The position numbers and the translations under genes were made by a program. Of a DNA stretch of 64,000 bases, positions 1 through 13,108 are shown piece after piece. The notes beneath the pieces were generated by a model. That model searched no databases, was not told where the DNA came from, and saw nothing but the letters and a program-made list of their open reading frames with translations. Source of the DNA: an uncultured Gemmatimonadaceae bacterium (GTDB lineage: Bacteria > Gemmatimonadota > Gemmatimonadetes > Gemmatimonadales > Gemmatimonadaceae); assembly GCA_963751275.1 (NCBI GenBank), contig CAVVTZ010000011.1:224001-288000 (forward strand). The letters are read 5' to 3'. Each line of letters opens with the position of its first letter. Positions within the stretch are counted from its first letter, which is position 1.

Positions 1-335
1 CCGCCGAAGCGATGTTCGATGTGGGCCCGCGATCCGCGGACCGGTTCGCGCGCGAGATCGCCGGCGCGAAGACGGTGGTGTGGAACGGCCCGATGGGCGT
101 GTTCGAGACGCCGCCCTTCGACGCCGGCACGCGCGCCGTGGCCGACGCGATGGCGCGCGCCACCGGCGCGGGGGCGACCACGATCGTCGGCGGCGGTGAC
201 TCCGCCGCGGCGGTGGAACAGATGGGGCTCGCGAGCCGGATGAGCCACGTGTCCACCGGCGGCGGCGCGTCGCTCGAATTCCTCGAGGGGAAAGTGCTCC
301 CCGGGGTCGCGGCCCTCGACGAGCGCGCCGCATGA
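1..335 (+). CDS. pgk: Phosphoglycerate kinase, C-terminal part (5' truncated by window)
   Basis: Motifs [15 protein letters not shown] and [16 protein letters not shown]; directly upstream of tpiA. Confidence 0.97.
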   Translation, partial: AEAMFDVGPRSADRFAREIAGAKTVVWNGPMGVFETPPFDAGTRAVADAMARATGAGATTIVGGGDSAAAVEQMGLASRMSHVSTGGGASLEFLEGKVLPGVAALDERAA

Positions 336-1081
336 AGCGCCCCGTCTTCGCCGCGAACTGGAAGATGAACCTCGGCCCGCAGGATGCGCGCGCCTATCTC
401 AAGCGCTATATCGAGCTCTCGCCGCCGCGCACCGACCGCACGCTGATCTTCTTTCCCTCGGCGCTCTCCGTGGTGGTGTCCGCGTACGCGCTCAAGGACC
501 GCCCCGAGATGCTCGTGGGCGTGCAGAACATCCACTGGGAGGAGAAGGGCGCCTTCACCGGCGAGAACGCGGCGTTCATGGCGAAGGATGCCGGCGCGAA
601 GATCGCGCTCGTCGGGCACTCCGAGCGGCGGCAGCTCTTCGGCGAGACGGATGAGATGACCTCCAAGAAATGCGCGTCCGCCTACCGCGCCGGCCTCACG
701 GCGCTGCTTTGCGTGGGCGAACGGCTCGAGGAGCGCGAACGGAACACCACGCAAGCGGTGGTGCTGCGCCAGCTCAAGGCGGGCATTAGCCGCCTCGAGC
801 CGTCACAGATCGCGACACTCTCCGTGGCGTACGAGCCGGTGTGGGCGATCGGCACCGGCCGCACGGCGCGCCCCGAGGATGCGACCAACGTGCACACCGC
901 CATCCGGCGCGTGCTCAAGGAATCGATCGGCTCCAAGAGCGCCGACATCCCGATCCTCTACGGCGGGAGCGTGAACGCCGAGAACGTCGCCGAACTGCTT
1001 GCCGCGCCCGAGGTCGATGGTGTGCTGGTCGGCGGCGCGAGCCTCGATCCCGAGGTCTGGGCGAAGATCACACAGGCTTGA
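332..1081 (+). CDS. tpiA: Triosephosphate isomerase
   Basis: [29 protein letters not shown] and LVGGASL motifs; ATGA overlap with pgk. Confidence 0.98.
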   Translation: MKRPVFAANWKMNLGPQDARAYLKRYIELSPPRTDRTLIFFPSALSVVVSAYALKDRPEMLVGVQNIHWEEKGAFTGENAAFMAKDAGAKIALVGHSERRQLFGETDEMTSKKCASAYRAGLTALLCVGERLEERERNTTQAVVLRQLKAGISRLEPSQIATLSVAYEPVWAIGTGRTARPEDATNVHTAIRRVLKESIGSKSADIPILYGGSVNAENVAELLAAPEVDGVLVGGASLDPEVWAKITQA

Positions 1082-1106
1082 CCGGAGGTCGTAAGGTGCC
1101 TAAGCT
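1078..1106 (+). promoter_or_regulatory. Putative sigma70 promoter for secG-carA
   Basis: TTGACC-N17-TAAGCT in a lower-GC intergenic gap. Confidence 0.5.
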
Positions 1107-1143
1107 TCGCTGCTTAGCCCATTCCTACCTCATCGCCGGATAA

Positions 1144-1524
1144 ATGTACACCGTCCTCCTCGTTCTACTCATTCTCGTCAGCCTGATCCTGATCGGGGCG
1201 GTGCTCATCCAGTCGGGCAAGGGCAGCGGCCTGGCCGCCAGCTTCGGCGGCGCGTCGTCGTCCAGCGACATCATGGGCTCCCACCAGATGGCCACCGGGA
1301 TCGGCAAGGCGACGTGGTATCTCGGCGGCGTGTTCCTGTTCCTCGCCTACGTGCTCGCGATCATGAGCGCGCGCCCCGCGGTGCCGAAGTCGGCTCTCGA
1401 TCAACTGACCGCGCCGCAGACGCAAGCGCCGGTGCAGACCGCGCCGACGAACACGGCGCCGATCGTGCCGCTGCAGCCCGCACCGACGGCGCCCTCCGCG
1501 CCGGCGAAAACACCGCCGCGCTGA
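1144..1524 (+). CDS. secG: Preprotein translocase subunit SecG
   Basis: Two TM helices, LIQSGKGSGLAASFGG loop, P/A/T-rich tail, canonical position after tpiA. Confidence 0.95.
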   Translation: MYTVLLVLLILVSLILIGAVLIQSGKGSGLAASFGGASSSSDIMGSHQMATGIGKATWYLGGVFLFLAYVLAIMSARPAVPKSALDQLTAPQTQAPVQTAPTNTAPIVPLQPAPTAPSAPAKTPPR

Positions 1525-1529
1525 TCGCA

Positions 1530-2663
1530 TTGCCGAAGCTCGACTCGAAACCGGGGTTCCTCCTCCTCGAGGATGGAACCCTTTTTCGTGGGACCCTCGG
1601 CTCCACCGCTCCCCTCGCGGTGGCCGAGGTGGTGTTCACGACGAACATGACTGGGTATCAGGAGGTCTTCACCGATCCCTCCTACTGCGGCCAGATCGTG
1701 GTGATGACCGCGCCCATGATCGGCAACTACGGCACGAACGATGAGGATCCCGAATCGGGCGGTGCGCAGGTGGCCGGTGTGATCGTGCGCGAGCTCTCGA
1801 CACACCCGTCGAACTGGCGCTCTACGGGTGGCTTGCCAAGGTGGTTGAGCTCCGCACAAATCCCGATACTGCAAGACGTTGACACGCGGCGCCTCACGCG
1901 CCATATCCGGTCTTCCGGGGTTATGCGCGGTGTCGTGGCCGCGGGCGACGAACCGGGGCCCGAAGCGGTTGCGGCGCTCCAAGCCTGTCCGTCAATGGAG
2001 GGGCTCGACCTGGCGTCACGCGTCTCCACCAAGAAGACGTACAGTTGGGGCGACGCGGGGGCCAAGAAGCACATCGTCGCCTACGACTACGGGATCAAGC
2101 GCAATATCCTGCGGCTCTTCGCCGAGCATGGTTGTCACGTGACGGTCGTCCCGGCCGATACCCCGGCCGCGCAGGCGCTGGAATTGAAGCCGGACGGAGT
2201 GTTCCTCTCGAACGGACCGGGCGATCCGGCGGCGGTGAGCTATGCGCCGGCGATCATCCGGACCATCGCGAAGACGGGAATGCCGATGTTCGGGATCTGC
2301 CTGGGGCACCAGCTGCTCGGACTGACGTACGGCGCGCGCACGGAGAAGATGCCCTACGGTCACCGGGGCGGGAATCATCCGGTGAAGGAACTCGAGACCG
2401 GACGCGTGCTGATCACATCGCAGAACCACGGATTCAGCGTGGTCGGGAGTGACGCGGGCATCCCCGGCGCGCCGGAATTGCGCGTGACGCATGTGAATCT
2501 GAACGACGGCACGGTGGAGGGGCTCCGGCATCGCGAGTTGCCGGTGTTCGCGGTGCAGTACCACCCGGAGGCGGCTCCCGGCCCGCACGACGCCCGGCCG
2601 CTCTTCGCGGAATTCATGCAGGCGGTCGCTTCGAACAGTCGTTCCAGTTCGCCAACTGCTTGA
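1530..2663 (+). CDS. carA: Carbamoyl-phosphate synthase small (glutaminase) subunit
   Basis: LLLEDGT, EVVFTTNMTGYQE, LSNGPGDP, FGICLGHQ and QYHPEAAPGP; TTG start at 1530 inferred. Confidence 0.96.
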   Translation: MPKLDSKPGFLLLEDGTLFRGTLGSTAPLAVAEVVFTTNMTGYQEVFTDPSYCGQIVVMTAPMIGNYGTNDEDPESGGAQVAGVIVRELSTHPSNWRSTGGLPRWLSSAQIPILQDVDTRRLTRHIRSSGVMRGVVAAGDEPGPEAVAALQACPSMEGLDLASRVSTKKTYSWGDAGAKKHIVAYDYGIKRNILRLFAEHGCHVTVVPADTPAAQALELKPDGVFLSNGPGDPAAVSYAPAIIRTIAKTGMPMFGICLGHQLLGLTYGARTEKMPYGHRGGNHPVKELETGRVLITSQNHGFSVVGSDAGIPGAPELRVTHVNLNDGTVEGLRHRELPVFAVQYHPEAAPGPHDARPLFAEFMQAVASNSRSSSPTA

Positions 2664-2689
2664 CACACAAGCAAGTAAGCCCATAGTTT
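2660..2689 (+). promoter_or_regulatory. Putative sigma70 promoter for HU/IHF gene
   Basis: TTGACA overlapping the carA stop, with TAGTTT 18 nt later. Confidence 0.5.
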
Positions 2690-2735
2690 CGTCGCACGGC
2701 CCGCACGTTGGCGGGCGATCTTTCCGAGGTTACGA

Positions 2736-3068
2736 ATGACCAAAGCCGATCTGGTCGAGCGCGTTACGGCGCAGATCTCTCGTACGGCCGGCCCGATGAT
2801 CTCGAAAAAGGATTGTGCGCGCGTGGTCGACTCCTTCCTGGATGCGATCAAGGACGCGCTCAAAGAGCAGCGGAACATCGAGGTCCGCGGCTTCGGCACG
2901 TTCAAGATCCGCCAGCGGAAGACGCGCATGGCGCGCAATCCGCGCACCGGTTCGCCGGTGGAGGTGTCCGCGCGCCCGGTGCCGGTGTTCAAGCCCAGCA
3001 AGGAGTTGCGCGCGCTCGTGGCCGAGGTGACGCCCGAGGAATTGGCGCAGGCGAAGAAGGGGAACTGA
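2736..3068 (+). CDS. HU/IHF family DNA-binding protein
   Basis: MTKADLV start and IEVRGFGTF...ARNPRTG...FKPSKELR signature. Confidence 0.96.
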   Translation: MTKADLVERVTAQISRTAGPMISKKDCARVVDSFLDAIKDALKEQRNIEVRGFGTFKIRQRKTRMARNPRTGSPVEVSARPVPVFKPSKELRALVAEVTPEELAQAKKGN

Positions 3069-3070
3069 GT

Positions 3071-3157
3071 ACTGCAGACTTAGACTCTAGACTTGGACTC
3101 TAGACTACTCCCAATAGCCGCATTCTAACGTCTCAGTCTAACGTCTCAGTCTGTAGT
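3071..3157. repeat. AGACT-type palindromic intergenic element, copy 1
   Basis: Left arm has AGACT units at 6/7-nt spacing; right arm is (TCTAACGTCTCAG)x2 plus TCTGTAGT, imperfectly complementary to the left; 28 bp identical to 4919-4946. Confidence 0.85.
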
Positions 3158-3158
3158 G

Positions 3159-3184
3159 AAGCGCCCCCGTCCGGGGCGCTTTTT
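3159..3184 (+). terminator. Intrinsic terminator after HU/IHF gene
   Basis: AAGCGCCCC-cgtcc-GGGGCGCTT hairpin followed by a T run. Confidence 0.85.
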
Positions 3185-3192
3185 GTTATCAT
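3184..3192 (+). promoter_or_regulatory. Extended -10 promoter, likely leaderless moaD transcript
   Basis: TG-n-TATCAT with 6 nt between it and ATG 3199; no SD sequence. Confidence 0.5.
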
Positions 3193-3198
3193 TACAGT

Positions 3199-3441
3199 AT
3201 GACCGTCACCGCGCTGCTCTTCGCCTCCTATGCCGACGCGCTCGGCCGGCCGTCCGTGGAACTGAGCCTGGCGCCGGGCGCGACCGTGCGTGACGCGGTC
3301 GACCAGCTGCGCCGGTTGCCCGGGGGCGGCACACTGCCGGAAGCGCCGTTGGTCGCGGTGAATCTCTCGTACTCGCGCGGCGACGCCGTACTCACCGCGG
3401 GCGACGAGCTGGCAGTGATCCCGCCGGTGGCGGGAGGCTGA
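3199..3441 (+). CDS. moaD: Molybdopterin synthase sulfur carrier subunit
   Basis: 80 aa; LFAS near the N-terminus, AVN motif, and GDELAVIPPVAGG C-terminal GG. Confidence 0.95.
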   Translation: MTVTALLFASYADALGRPSVELSLAPGATVRDAVDQLRRLPGGGTLPEAPLVAVNLSYSRGDAVLTAGDELAVIPPVAGG

Positions 3442-3443
3442 GC

Positions 3444-3881
3444 GTGCGGGCGGCCGTCGTCTCGCGCCCGATCGACCCCGGCGCGCTCGTGCTCGAGGTG
3501 GGGAACATCGCGCATGGCGCGGTGGTGCTCTTCCTGGGCACCGTGCGCGACATGAACGAGGGGCGCGAGGTGTCGGGGATCGAGTACCGCGCTTATGACG
3601 CGATGGCGTTGCGGGAGATGGAGACGATCACCGCGGAAGCTTGCGCGCGATTCGAGACCGACGAGATCGTGGTGGAGCATCGCACCGGCGACCTGGCGCT
3701 CGGCGAGGTGAGCGTGGGGATCGCCGTATCGCACGCGCACCGCGGGCCGGCCTATGACGCCTCGCGCTACGTGATCGAGCAGCTGAAGCGGCGCGTGCCC
3801 GTGTGGAAGAAGGAGGAGTACACCGACGGCACGCGCGAGTGGGTGGATCCCACGCGCAAGGCCGAGGAGGCGCGGTCGTGA
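3444..3881 (+). CDS. moaE: Molybdopterin synthase catalytic subunit
   Basis: GAVVLFLGTVRD, EHRTGDL and LKRRVPVWKKE motifs. Confidence 0.96.
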   Translation: MRAAVVSRPIDPGALVLEVGNIAHGAVVLFLGTVRDMNEGREVSGIEYRAYDAMALREMETITAEACARFETDEIVVEHRTGDLALGEVSVGIAVSHAHRGPAYDASRYVIEQLKRRVPVWKKEEYTDGTREWVDPTRKAEEARS

Positions 3882-4861
3882 GCGAGGCGCTGCGCGACCA
3901 GTTCGGGCGGAGCATCGAGTACCTGCGCATCTCCGTCACCGACCGCTGCAATTTCCGCTGCGTGTACTGCATGCCGGCGGAAGGGCTCGAGTGGCTGCCC
4001 AAGCATGACATCCTGAGTTACGAAGAGATCACGGCGATCGTGCGGCAGCTGGCGCCGCTCGGCTTGCGCCGGCTGCGGATCACGGGCGGCGAGCCGACGA
4101 TCCGCAACGATCTCACCGATCTCATTGCAATGCTCAAGGCGGTGCCGGGGATCGAGGACATCGCGCTCTCGACGAATGGCGTGCGGCTTCCCGCGATGGC
4201 GGAGCAGCTGCGCGCCGCCGGGCTCGACCGCGTGAACATCAGCGCCGACAGTCTGCGCGCCGAGCGGATCTCGGCGATCGCGCGCCGCAATCTGGGCTTC
4301 GACCCGGTGACCGCGGCGCTTGCGGCCGAACGGGCGGGGCTGGCCCCGGTCAAGCTGAACATGGTGGTGCTGCGCGGCGTGAACGACGACGAAGTGGAGG
4401 ACTTCGCGCGCCTGACGATGGAGCACCCGTGGCACGTGCGTTTCATCGAGCTGATGCCGGTGGGCGAGATGCGTGACCTGACGTGGGAGCACGTCGTGCC
4501 GAGCGACGCGATCCTCGCGCGCCTCGGCGCGCTCGGCGCACTCGCGCCCGACGCAGGGCCGGCGCGCGGGAACGGGCCCGCTGCCTATCATCGCTTTGCC
4601 GGCGCGCCCGGCACCGTGGGCGTGATCACACCGATGACGCACACCTACTGCGGCAGCTGCAACCGCGTGCGCCTGACCGCGGACGGGCGGCTCCGGACGT
4701 GCCTGTACGGTGATCACGAAGTGAATCTGCGCGATCCGCTGAGGGCGGGCGACGATCTGACGCCATTGTACGTGCAGGCCCTCGCGAACAAGCCGAAGGA
4801 GCACGATCTGCTGCAGATGAAGGTCGGGGGGCTTCGCGCGCTGTCGCAGGTGGGAGGCTGA
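3878..4861 (+). CDS. moaA: GTP 3',8-cyclase (radical SAM)
   Basis: YLRISVTDRCNFRCVYC, second cluster CGSC-x13-C, C-terminal GG; GTG start overlaps moaE stop. Confidence 0.97.
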   Translation: MSEALRDQFGRSIEYLRISVTDRCNFRCVYCMPAEGLEWLPKHDILSYEEITAIVRQLAPLGLRRLRITGGEPTIRNDLTDLIAMLKAVPGIEDIALSTNGVRLPAMAEQLRAAGLDRVNISADSLRAERISAIARRNLGFDPVTAALAAERAGLAPVKLNMVVLRGVNDDEVEDFARLTMEHPWHVRFIELMPVGEMRDLTWEHVVPSDAILARLGALGALAPDAGPARGNGPAAYHRFAGAPGTVGVITPMTHTYCGSCNRVRLTADGRLRTCLYGDHEVNLRDPLRAGDDLTPLYVQALANKPKEHDLLQMKVGGLRALSQVGG

Positions 4862-4868
4862 TCCACGG

Positions 4869-4948
4869 CAGACTTAGACCTAGACGTTAGACTTAGACTA
4901 CAACTGCTCTCGCTTTCCAACGTCTCAGTCTAACGTCTCAGTCTGTGG
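4869..4948. repeat. AGACT-type palindromic intergenic element, copy 2
   Basis: CAGACTTAGACCTAGACGTTAGACTTAGACT left arm, CAACTGCT in the spacer, right arm AACGTCTCAGTCTAACGTCTCAGTCTGT identical to 3127-3154. Confidence 0.85.
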
Positions 4949-4965
4949 TACCGACTCAGTATTAG

Positions 4966-5943
<978 letters not shown>

Positions 5944-5949
5944 CGTCCG

Positions 5950-6604
5950 GTGAACCGCCTCGCTCGCTTCTGGAAGTCCACGGTCGGGAAGAAGATCGTG
6001 ATGGCCGTCACCGGCCTCATCATGGTCGGCTTCCTGATCGGGCACATGGCGGGCAACCTGCAGGTCTTCGTCGGCGCCGCGCGGCTCAACGCCTACGCGG
6101 CGTTCCTGCATTCGCTGGGCGAGTTCCTCTGGCTGATCCGCGGCGTGCTCGTGGTGGCGCTCGTGCTGCACATCGTCGCGGCGGACCAGCTGATCGTCAT
6201 CGACCGCGGCGCGCGCCCCGTGGCGTACGCGAAGCACGAGTCGCAGGCGTCCACGTTCGCGTCGCGCACGATGCGGTGGGGCGGGCTCGCGCTCGCGATC
6301 TTCATCGTGTTCCACCTCCTGCATTTCACGACCGGCACGCTGCGGCCGGCGCCGTTCGTCCCCGGCGACGTGTACGCCAACGTCGTGGACAGCTTCCGGA
6401 TCGGTGGGTGTCGGCGCTCTACATTGCCGCGATGATCGCCGTCGGACTGCACCTGTACCACGGCACGTGGAGCGTGTTCCGCACGCTGGGCGTCACGCCG
6501 CCCTCGGCGCATCCGCTCGCCCACCGGATCTCGCTCGCGGTGGCGTTCATCGTGTGGCTCGGTTTCACGATCGTGCCGGTGGGCATCCTGCTCGGGTGGG
6601 CGCG

Positions 6605-6608
<4 letters not shown>
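5950..6608 (+). CDS. sdhC: Succinate dehydrogenase cytochrome b558 subunit (one apparent indel near 6405)
   Basis: [26 protein letters not shown], then HLYHG in the shifted frame. Confidence 0.9.
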
Positions 6609-8531
<1,923 letters not shown>

Positions 8532-8532
<1 letters not shown>

Positions 8533-9312
8533 TGAATCTCACGCTGCACGTGTGGCGGCAGCGCGGGCCGTCCGACCCCGGCGGATTCAAGGAGTACGAC
8601 CGCGCGCGACGTGAGCCCCGACATCGTCGTTCCTCGAGATGCTCGATGTGGTGAACGAGGGACTGATGCAACGCGGGCGAGGTGCCGATCGCCTTCGATC
8701 ACGACTGCCGCGAGGGGATCTGCGGCATCGTGCTCGATGATGATCAACGGCGAGGCGCACGGCCCGCAGCACGGCACGGCCACGTGCCAGCTGCACATGC
8801 GCCATTACAAGGACGGCGACGAGATCTGGATCGAGCCGTGGCGCGCGCGCGCCTTCCCGGTGATCAAGGACCTGTGCGTCGACCGCAGCGCCTTCGACCG
8901 GATCATCGACGCCGGCGGCTTCATCTCGGCGAGCACCGGCGGCGCGCAGGACGCCAACGCGATCCTGGTCCCGAAGGTTGCGGCGGACATCGCGATGGAC
9001 GCCGCGGCGTGCATCGGCTGCGGCGCGTGCGTCGCGGCGTGCCCCAACGGCTCGGCGTCGCTGTTCACCGCGGCGAAGATCACGCATCTCGCGGTGCTGC
9101 CGCAGGGACAGCCGGAGCGCTACCGGCGCGTGACCGCGATGGTCGCGCAGATGGACCTCGAAGGATTCGGCGGCTGCACGCTGCACGGCGAGTGCCAGGA
9201 GGCGTGCCCCAAGGAGATCTCGATCGACGTCATCACGCGCATGAATCGAGACTATCTCGTGGCGCAGGTGAAGGGGGGCGGGGAATACCGCTCCGCCGGG
9301 GGCGCCGGGTGA
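8532..9312 (+). CDS. sdhB: Succinate dehydrogenase iron-sulfur subunit (apparent indels)
   Basis: [30 protein letters not shown] and [12 protein letters not shown]. Confidence 0.93.
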
Positions 9313-9316
9313 CGCG

Positions 9317-9878
9317 CTAGAGGCGCGGCAGGGTCACGCCGTGCTGACCCTGATACTTCCCCTTCTTGTCCTTGTACGACGTCTCGGGCGGCTCGTCGCC
9401 CTCGAAGAACAGCACCTGCGCGATCCCCTCGTTCGCGTAGATCTTCGCCGGCAGCGGCGTGGTGTTCGAGATCTCGAGCGTCACGAACCCCTCCCACTCC
9501 GGCTCGAAGGGCGTGACGTTGGTGATGATCCCGCAGCGCGCGTAGGTGGACTTGCCCGACGCGAGATCGTGAGCACGTTGCGCGGGATCCGGAAGTACTC
9601 GACCGAGCGCGCCAGCGCGAAGCGAGTTCGGCGGGCACGATGCAGACGTCGCCCTCGAACTCCACGAACGACTTCGGATCGAAGTGCTTGGGGTCCACGA
9701 TCGAGCTCAGCACGTTCGTGAAGATCTTGAACTCGCGGGCGACGCGCATGTCGTAGCCGTACGAGCTCGACGCCGTACGAGATCACGCCGTCGCGCACCT
9801 GGCCGGTCGGCGAACGGCTCGATCATGCCGTGTTCCAGCGCCATGCTGGCGGATCCAGCGGTCGGACTTGATGGACAT
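9317..9878 (-). CDS. dcd: dCTP deaminase (apparent indels)
   Basis: MSIKSDRWI start, [24 protein letters not shown] and [13 protein letters not shown] end across frames. Confidence 0.9.
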
Positions 9879-9989
9879 GTGGGGCGGTCAGGAGGAAGGC
9901 GCGCACCGGAGGAGCCGGCACGCCGCGGGCGGGAATGTACCGCTTGGCGCGGGGAGAGGCAAAGCGCCGGATCACGGGAACGTCACGCG

Positions 9990-10019
9990 TTGACACTGCC
10001 GCCGCCGCCGCGATACCTT
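9990..10019 (+). promoter_or_regulatory. Putative sigma70 promoter for nuo operon
   Basis: TTGACA-N18-TACCTT upstream of nuoA. Confidence 0.45.
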
Positions 10020-10062
10020 TCGCGCGCGGAGAGAGGGAAATCGTCACCAGCGCCGGAGCCGG

Positions 10063-10469
10063 ATGGTCAGCGACTACTTCCCGATCCTGATCCTGCTCGG
10101 GTTCGTCGCCGCTCAACGCGGTGATGATGCTCGCGCTGTCGCACTGGTCATCTGCGCGCGCCCGACGCCGACCAAGCAGGTGCCGTACGAGTCGGGCATC
10201 CCGCCGCTCGGCGACGCGCGCGAGCGCTTCTCCGTGAAGTTCTACATGGTCGCCATGCTGTTCATCGTCTTCGACATCGAGACGGTGTTCATGATCCCGT
10301 GGGCCGTCTACTTCCGCGCAGCTCTCCTGTGCCGTGCCGCTCGCCGGCGGCGCCTGTCCCGCCGGGCAGATCTCGTTCTTCGGCCTCGGCGAGATGCTGG
10401 TCTTCATGCTCATCCTGCTCGTCGGACTACGTCTACGTCTGGAAGAAGGGAGCGCTGCAATGGGATTGA
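10063..10469 (+). CDS. nuoA: NADH-quinone oxidoreductase subunit A (apparent indels)
   Basis: [20 protein letters not shown], ends WKKGALQWD. Confidence 0.92.
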
Positions 10470-11090
10470 CCCCTCGGCCGGACGCCGACCGTCGCCGACG
10501 TACGATCCGGCGCAGCAGCGAGAGCTGGGTCACCACCCGGCTCGACTTCCTCGTCAACTGGTCGCGCGCCAACTCGCTGTGGCCGATGCCCTTCGGCACC
10601 GCGTGCTGCGCCATCGAGTTCATGGCCACGGCCGCGAGCCGCTTCGACCTGGCGCGCTTCGGCATGGAGCGCATGAGCTTCTCGCCGCGGCAGGCCGACG
10701 TGCTCATCTGCGCCGGGCGCGTCCCGTTCAAGCTCGCGCCGGTGATCCGCCGCATCTGGCAGCAGATGCCGCAGCCCAAGTGGTGCATCTCGATGGGCGC
10801 CTGCGCGAGCTCGCGGCGGCATGTTCGACAACTACGCCGTGGTGCAGGGGATCGACACGATCATCCCGGTGGACGTCTACGTGCCGGGCTGCCCGCCGCG
10901 GCCGGAAGGACTGATCTACGGCATCATGATGCTCCAGAAGAAGATGAAGCGGGAGCGGATGTCGAACGTCACGATCCGCGACGAGATGGAGCCGGATCCC
11001 GTGAGCGGCTGTACATCGCGCCGCGAGGCGATCGACGAACTGTCGGAGCCGTTCGGCAATTCGGTCCACCAGACGCGATCGGCCACGTGA
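10460..11090 (+). CDS. nuoB: NADH-quinone oxidoreductase subunit B (apparent indel)
   Basis: [20 protein letters not shown] and VPGCPPRPE. Confidence 0.94.
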
Positions 11091-11792
11091 GCAATTCCAT
11101 GACCACGGTCATCCCCGGCAGCGCGGATCACGGCGCGACCGCGCCGGTCACGCCCAAGGAGCTGCCGAACCGCGGCGGCGCGGCGAATCCGTCGGCCGCC
11201 GCGCTGCAGACGAAGTTCGGCGCCGCGGTGCAGCGGGTCGACGTCGTGTGGCGGCGAGACCACCGTGGTCGTGGACGGCGCGCGGCTCCTCGACATCGTG
11301 CGCTGGCTCCACGACGATCCCGACGCAGCGCTACGACTACCTGTCCGACGTGACCGCGGTGGAATACCGCGACCCGCGAGCAGCCGCTCGAGGTCGTCTG
11401 GCACCTCCGCTCCATCCCGTTCCGCCGCTTCCTGCGGCTCAAGGTGCTGCTCGAACGCGGCGCGAAGCTCGAGGTGCCAGAGCGTGTGGCCCGTGTACAA
11501 GGGCGCCGATTGGCTCGAGCGCGAATGCTTCGACATGTTCGGCATCAGGTTCGCGGGCCACCCCGACCTGCGGCGCATCCTGATGTGGGAGCAGTACCGA
11601 GAAGGGTTCCCGCTGCGGAAGGATTTCCCGCTGCGCGGCCGCTTCTCGCGCGCCGAGCAGCTGCGCCAGGCGCTCGCCGCGAACCCGGAGGCGCACTACT
11701 CGATGGAAGAGCTCTCGATCTCGCAGGCGTTCGAGGATCTTCCCGCCGACATGCGCGAGCGGCTCGGCGCCGGCGAGCAGACGGGGGAATAG
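11087..11792 (+). CDS. nuoC: NADH-quinone oxidoreductase subunit C (apparent indels)
   Basis: [24 protein letters not shown] and FPLRKDFPL. Confidence 0.92.
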
Positions 11793-11795
11793 CCG

Positions 11796-13108
11796 ATGAC
11801 CACGAAACGCACGCGTCGAGGTCGCGCTCGGCACGTCGGGACTGGACGCGCAGGGGCGCCCGCATCGCGCGCCCGCTCACGATGAACGAGGGCGGCAACG
11901 TCATCACGATGGATCCGCCGGCGGCGCTCGAGCCCGACCTCGCGGGCGAGCACATGCTGATCAACATCGGGCCGCAGCACCCGGCGACGCACGGCGTGCT
12001 GCGGCTGGTGCTCGAGCTCGACGGCGAGACCGTCGTGCGCTGCATTCCGCACATCGGGTACCTGCACTGCGGCTTCGAGAAGATCGGCGAGTACCGCCAG
12101 TACAACCAGATCGTGCCGTGGACCGACCGCGAGGACTACCTCAACTCGATCGGCAACAACGTCGCCTTCGCGCTCGGCGCGGAGCGGCTGTTCGGCATCG
12201 AGATCACGCCGCGCTGCACGGTGCTGCGCGTGATCGCGAGCGAGCTGTCGCGCATCATCTCGCACCTCGTGTGGCTCGGCACCACCTGCATCGACATCGG
12301 CGCGTTCACGCCCTTCCTGTGGAGGTTCCAGGAGCGCGAGAACGTCTACAACCTGCTCGAGAGCTGGGTCGGCGCGCGCCTCACCACGAGCGCGACGCGC
12401 GTGGGCGGCATGGCGGCCGACGTTCCCGATGGCTGGACCGAGCAGCTGCGCGACTTCGTGCAGACCTTCCCGAAGACGATCGATGAAGTGGACCGCATGC
12501 TCACGCGGAACGCGATCTGGGTGGGCCGCACGATCGGACTCGGCGTGATGTCGGCGGAGGAGGCCACGAACTACGGCCTCTCCGGCCCGATGCTCCGCGC
12601 GTCCGGCGTCGCCTTCGACGTGCGCAAGGATTTCCCGTACCTCGACTACGAGACGTACGACTTCGACGTGCCGGTCGGGTCGCAGGGCGATGTGTACGAC
12701 CGCTTCCTCGTGCGGCTCGAGGAGCTGCGCCAGTGGGCGCGGATCCTCGCGCAGGCGCTCGAGCGGCTGCCCGACGGTCCGGTGAACAGCGCCGACCCTC
12801 GCGTGATCCTGCCGCCGAAGCACAAGGCGATGAGCGACATGGAGTCGATGATCCACCACTTCAAGCAGGTGATGGAAGGCCCGCGGCCGCCGATCGGCGA
12901 GGCGTACGTGGCGGTGGAGAGTCCCAAGGGGGAGAAGGGCTACTACATGGTGTCGGACGGCACGGCGAAGCCGGTGCGCTGGCGCATCCGGCCGCCGAGC
13001 TTCGTGAACCTCTCGGCGATCCCGAAGATGGTCGAGGGGCACCTGCTGTCCGACGTGATCGCGATCAACGCGAGCATCGACATCGTCATGGGGGAGATCG
13101 ACCGGTGA
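11796..13108 (+). CDS. nuoD: NADH-quinone oxidoreductase subunit D
   Basis: NIGPQHPATHGVLR, GYLH, ESPKGE, ends DIVMGEIDR; 5' end has possible indels. Confidence 0.95.

Noticed and set aside
1500..1560. tRNA-Leu commonly found after secG
   Set aside because: Only 5 nt separate secG from carA; no cloverleaf or T-loop motif is present
3071..4948. AGACT and ACATGAT repeats as CRISPR arrays
   Set aside because: No regularly spaced direct repeats with unique spacers, and no cas genes
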